In this document: one piece after another, positions 58,501 through 64,000 of the stretch
How positions within the stretch are numbered: the stretch's first letter is position 1
How the letters are laid out: every line of letters starts with the position of its first letter
Assembly: GCA_964035545.1 (NCBI GenBank)
Contig: OZ037767.1
Location: forward strand, 16,734,581-16,798,580
From: Bugula neritina
Lineage: Eukaryota; Animalia; Bryozoa
Length of the DNA: 64,000 bases
Reading direction: 5' to 3'
The notes under the pieces: generated by a model
The model's database searches: none
What the model was told of the DNA's origin: nothing
What the model saw: the letters and a program-made list of their open reading frames with translations, nothing else
Program-made: the position numbers and the translations under genes

Positions 58501-59670
58501 CAGTGCAAGTATTGACGAGCCGAAGCATCTGCTGCACCTCCCTGACGAAAGCTGCAGCTTGTTCTCCGTTAGTAAAGTCAGGTTTGGTTACTATCTCCAT
58601 GAGTCCTATACCTAGACAAACAGACATGTTAAGCATTACACATCGCAGGTAATGCATCTCACTCACTCACTCACTAACTTACTCACTCACTCGCTCGCTC
58701 ACTCACTCACTCACTCACTCACTCACTCACTCACTCACTCACTCACTATCTCGCTCACTCACTCACTCACTAACTTACTCACTCACTCGCTCGCTCACTC
58801 ACTCACTCACTCACTCACTCACTCACTCACTCACTCACTCACTATCTCACTCCCTCACTCACTTACTCACTCCCTCACTCACTCACTCGCTCACTCGCTC
58901 ACTCGCTCACTCGCTCACTCGCTCACCCACTCACTCACTCACTCGCTCACTCATTTACTCACTCACTCACTCACTCACTCACTCACTCACTCACTCACTC
59001 ACTCACTCAACTTACCAGCGCGATTGAGATCCACTAAACTCCTGTTGTTCACAGCATCATGTAGACTTTTGCCACTGTCTTGTTCCAGTTGAATCTGATG
59101 GAGACGAGCCTTGTGAAAGAGAGCTTTTTTGTGCCTACAAGAGAAGCCAAATTTAGAAAATGTCTATCCAGCCCTTTTCATCCAAACTATAATGCACAAT
59201 TGAGATAATAGAATGTATAACAAGAAAACCAACCTGCCTCTAACATATATAATATAGTCAATTTCTCCGCCCACTGCTATCGGTTTCCTGTATTGTGTAA
59301 TCTGGTATCCTGCAGGCATATCAGCATAGAAATAGTGTTTCCTGTCAAATGTTGACACTCTATTGACATGGCAACCAAATGCAAGTGCTGTTTTCACCGC
59401 AGCCTTGACGCAGTATTTATTGAGAACCTAATGAATATAATACACACATATTTAGGTTAGCATTACAGTAAATTGATAATTTCAGTTAATCAAACCAGCA
59501 TTGTAATGAATACTCACTGGCAATGTTCCAGGTAACGCAGCATCAAAATATGAGACGCAGGAGTTGGGAGAACTGCCATATTCTGTAGAGGCTCCAGAAA
59601 ACAGTTTTGACTTTGAGTTTATTTGAGCATGAATTTCTAGACCAATCACAGCTGCCAAATTTTTTCTCAT
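55134..59670 (-). CDS. GATB: Mitochondrial glutamyl-tRNA amidotransferase subunit B, about 11 exons seen; true start (transit peptide exon) not located
   Basis: [18 protein letters not shown]; [10 protein letters not shown]; [19 protein letters not shown]; [11 protein letters not shown]; DLNRAG; LMEIVTKPD; [11 protein letters not shown]; RTEVKNLNS; [20 protein letters not shown]. Confidence 0.93.
55333..55598. repeat. (CTA/CCA)n repeat, GATB last intron
   Basis: Trinucleotide run next to the donor. Confidence 0.95.
57305..57550 (-). repeat. 13-bp repeat starting at a GATB donor
   Basis: gtgacagctagga / gtgacagctataa. Confidence 0.93.
58658..59008 (-). repeat. (GAGT)n filling a GATB intron, giving overlapping GTGAGT hexamers
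   Basis: Sense GCTG|gtaagttgagtgagtgagtgag... Confidence 0.95.
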
Positions 59671-62600
59671 TATTTCTCTACTACATAGACATAATATATC
59701 AAACTTGCAAACGTCGATTCATGGGAATTCAAGATTACAATTCATGAATACAAGCTATTTACAATTCCTATAAATCTCATAGCTATGTTTTGAATATAAA
59801 GCAAGGGTCAGCAGCTAAACAAAAATATAAGACTACAGCTGACAGAATAGCTGAAACTAAGCTTGGCTTTCACTATAGGTACAAATATCAAATTTTACAA
59901 TTCTATTGAAATTAATTTATATTAAAAATGTTTAAAGACTTATATTGCATAAAATATTAATATGATTTCTAGTTATATGATATTTTGATTTACTTTAGTC
60001 ATCATTTATTGCTCTATGTAGTATTATACAATCATTGAATGTGAAGTGAACCATCAGGCATCTTATAATGCAGATAACAAACTAAAAACTAAAAAGTCAA
60101 GCATTATAAGTATATACTATAGTATATAAATATATTGTATTTGCTGTTCATTTCCAACCGCCACATCAAAAAAAAATAAGACAGTTCTGTTTTGCCGGTC
60201 TTTTGCTTTAAAAAAATAAGAACTAAAGTGTGTTCATATAATTTCAAGAATGAGTGAAACGCCTACACAAAAAGAACAAGTGATAAATAATACTATAAGT
60301 CTTAGTTCATACGGCAATCATAAGCTACTTTAAACCTATTGTAATTATTATTATCATTATGAATACCATTATGAAAATGAAGATAATACCTATGTTGACA
60401 TGCAGATTGGGTGATGCAGTAACTGTAAGTGAGTATGAGTATCAGTTCGATATAGATTGAGTTGTACGTTATTATTATATTTAAAATCTTATTGAATTTA
60501 ATGAGTATAACTCTAACTGCCTTGGACTTACTCTTAGGTTATACTTATATAAACTCAAACTCCTGGTCCAATATCAACATGAATATTTAAATCCACGCCA
60601 TTATCATTGTGATTGACTTTGAGTTTCATTCTGAAAGTAAATTTTAATTTTATATTAACTTTAAGTTTAAGCCTTAAGCCTAAGGTATTACTATTACTAT
60701 CAGTATTAGTATTACTATTAGTATTAGTATTATTTATAAATTAATATTATAATTATCATTCTGATTCTCAGAGTGATTCATTATAATATTCAATATCATC
60801 ATTATGATAATGATGATTATCATTATCATATTCATATTCATTTATTCTTAATATTAGTTATTGATTATTGCTCATGATAATCACTTCTAGTTGATTTTCA
60901 TAGTTCTGGTTCATGCTGTTGCACTTAAAGTTGATTTGTTCATAATATTAATCATAATCAATATCATAATGATAATTCATATGATAATCATAATGATTAT
61001 GATAATCATAATCATAATGATAATCTGATTATCATAATCATAATCATAATGATAATGTTAATGTAGCTAGGTTTAAACTAAAACTGCAAATAAATATGTG
61101 CAATTACCTGTTGTCATATTGTAGTGTATTTTTTAAGAAACAAGTATTGCTGTAGCACTTGATTTGGTGTTGCTTGGGCGTTAAGTTCAACAGGTTTTTA
61201 AAGTTGGTGGCGTAGTTTATACAAACATAACCACGCCTTCTAGATGAGGCTGCCATTTTTAAGTGTAGACAATAGCTCGCCGCTACAAATGGTTATGTTC
61301 ATTATATTTAAAACGATCTGCAAACAGCGCAAGGAAGTGCTAAACTTTAACTTGTAGATGCCACATACAGACTGTTCAGAAATTTGTTTACATCCGTTTG
61401 TACATGCAATGTGATGAAAGTGTTCGAGTTGCGACTTTATTTCATTGGCTTGTGTGCTAAATTTAAATTAGCACCAAATAATAACACTGTATTACTATAT
61501 AAATGTATTTAGATTCTTGTCATCAATGTTGAGCACTAGTTTGAACTTCTTTGATAAATAAATAAAAGGTATGTTAATATTAATGTCAGAATCAGACTCA
61601 GTTTGAGTTACTCAGACTCAGTTAGTGAGTTACACTTAGACTTACTGCTACTGTTAGCGTTAGACTTAGTGTTACTGTGTTAGTCTTACTGTTAGTGTTA
61701 CTGTTAGTGTAACACTTCTGACTTAATCTTACACTTACAGACTGAGACTACAGTACTATACTCGACTCTCAAGTACTACTACTAGCAGTACAATCACTCA
61801 ATCAGTAGTACTACTACTACTAGTACTAGTTACTAGTACTCAACTACTGACTAGTACTGTAGTAGTAAAATTAGATTACAATTTTAATTTACACCATGGT
61901 CAAATGATCTATGTGAATGTCAATATGAAATTATGATTATCATTATAAGTGATCTGTGATCATGATATTCAATTTGAATATCATGATCATAGTCATTATG
62001 ATTATCATTATGATAGTGATTATGATTATCATTATCACCATCATTATGATTATGACTATCATACTGATGTTGATAATGATAGTGATATTCTAATTCATAG
62101 TGATAGTGACTGCGATACTCATACTCATAGCTACTGATAGTGATAGTGATAGTCATTATGATTATTTCATAGATAGGGATACAAATAGTAATACTAATAG
62201 ACTTAGATTAGCTTACCAAATCTGACGAATGGCAACTTACCCTGATGACTGATACTCATGGCCATGTTATGAACGTTAACACAGTTTGAGTATGAGTATA
62301 GTGTAAGTATATACTAATACTAGTAATAGCGCTGACGGCCTGTTATTTTGTTTGATCAGTTTGATGGCTAGTTTAACATAATTAGTATTACATATATTTA
62401 TAATTCAAAGTTTGTTGTACAATATAGGGGTGGCCAATATAGTTTTGCTCTAATAAACGCGCTTCATTTATAGTTTAAGTAGTAGTACTGTCGGTAGGCA
62501 TAGTATATTAGTATTAGGACTTAATTAATAAACTAAATTAATAAAAGCTTCAGTTTCATCAAATTTAGATTAATTATACATAAAGCAGTTTTGTTTGTTT

Positions 62601-62702
62601 TAACAGACGTTTTTAATAGACCAACAGAGTATTATTACTTCAGATAAATATATTATTTACTTTATATTTATAAAGTTATTCTTGCAGTTTCACAATCTAG
62701 CC

Positions 62703-64000
62703 ATGAGCTCTCGCAGAGCAAGAATATCTATTAAACCAAACGTTTCTCGGGGAGCAAGGGGTTCCGCTGTTCCTCCAGCTGTTCCTGCCTCAGCTTCTCT
62801 CTCTACCGCAGCAGGTTAGGGCTTTAGTTTCTCACCTGTAGTAAAACAACCTGTTTAACATTCTTAGCATGAATAGTTTTTTCAGTTTTCTGTTTTGCTT
62901 ATGGCAAATTTTAATTGAAAGTTATGTGGACTACTTTTTTTGTGCTTTTAAACTTTTAAACTGCGACTGGTTAGTAGCTTTGGGCTTTAGTCTCTGAGAG
63001 AATTGGTGATGATTTACTGTTTGAATTTGCATATAGTTGATGGAGAAGTAAGCTCTGCAAACACTCAGTCTAATAATAACGAGGTGAATGGACATGAAGG
63101 CAATGTCAAGGTCAATGTGAGTGAAGTCAAGGTCAAGGAGAGTGAAAGCAAGGTCAATGAGAGTAATGTCAAGGCCAAGGAGAGTGAAGGCAATGTCAAG
63201 GTCAATGAGAGCCAGCCTGTTAATGAGCCGAACACTGCACCTGTCGTCAAAGATCCGGAAATGCCCAAGAAACGTGAGTTCCTTTGCTGTCAGCAGCCAA
63301 GACTGCAGTTAAGTAGTCAATATAGTCAGTAGTGTGATGCTTTTTAATTTTAATACAAAGTTTTTTTTACCTGATTTGTTAGGTTTATCAACTCATGCAT
63401 TGCATATTGCTCAATCTCTTTTATTATTATTTGATTAGCCCCGGCAAGGCGAGCTAAAATACAAGTCCGGCCTTCTCTGATCAGAAAACCACGTCAAGCT
63501 GCTGCAACCACTGCTACAGCTGAACAGGAAAGTGGCATTGCTACTGCATCTTCACATGAGTGTGATACAACATCTGCTGGTGACAATGTTACTGCGTCTT
63601 CACATGACATTGATGAAGTGTTACCTGATAACATCATTACACCTTCACCAAGTCTTGGTATTGTGTCACCACCACAGAAGAGTGATATTGCTTCTTCCCA
63701 AAAGTCTCCTGATGAAGGCCAGATTAAGGTCAGTGGTGTATCTTTTACTTACATTTGAGTTTTATATGAAATTTGAAACTTGTAGTTTTAACACAAGTTT
63801 GGATATTTCTTGTTTTGTTAAACTTATTAGCATTTATCCTTGAGATGTCAAGAGTCTGAAGTATACAAGATATGTTGTATCTGTGCATTGTTAGGGGTCT
63901 AGTTCCAATCTCTCGACCTCCAATCTGGTCTCACACGTTGCCCCGCCCGCTGAAGGAGGAGCTCACACTGAAGGAACTGAGGCTGAGTTGGTCAAGACTC
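62703..64000 (+). CDS. BDP1: Probable TFIIIB subunit B double prime (BDP1-like), 5' exons 62703-62814, ~63037-63273, ~63439-63728, ~63895-; continues past the window
   Basis: N-terminus MSSRRARISIKPNVSRG resembles BDP1 MFRRARLSVKPNV; related motif RRAKIQVRPSL; SANT domain not within the window. Confidence 0.55.

Noticed and set aside
3075-59092. Long repetitive ORFs in the track (e.g. 3603-3851, 10531-11154, 16744-17461, 34683-35338, 42012-42847, 55267-55672, 58652-59092)
   Set aside because: They are stop-free readings of intronic tandem repeats, open in several frames and strands at once; not independent genes

Overview
AT-rich, gene-dense, intron-rich genomic DNA from an invertebrate animal (possibly a lophotrochozoan such as a bryozoan; this is inference and cannot be verified here). 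Hand-splicing GT-AG exons gives 11 genes: FBXO28(-), WDR26(+), KIF23/MKLP1(-), vasohibin(+), two tandem paralogous single-pass membrane genes I cannot name (+,+), SF3B5(-), AHSA1(+), an iRhom-like pseudoprotease(-), GATB(-) and the 5' part of a BDP1-like gene(+). Eight of them form four head-to-head pairs. Mobile DNA: a complete 474-bp hAT-type element with an 8-bp TSD, an older copy of it interrupted by a long-TIR MITE, a 5'-truncated LINE and a tRNA-derived SINE. Main signal: a large share of introns carry their own private tandem array (unit 4-37 bp). Many arrays start at the splice junction and reiterate splicing signals on the sense strand: the exon end plus GT donor, AG|GT junctions, the acceptor, or the TACTAAC/TACTGAC branch point. 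One intron consists of its array from GT to AG. Most long ORFs in the supplied track are artefacts of these arrays.
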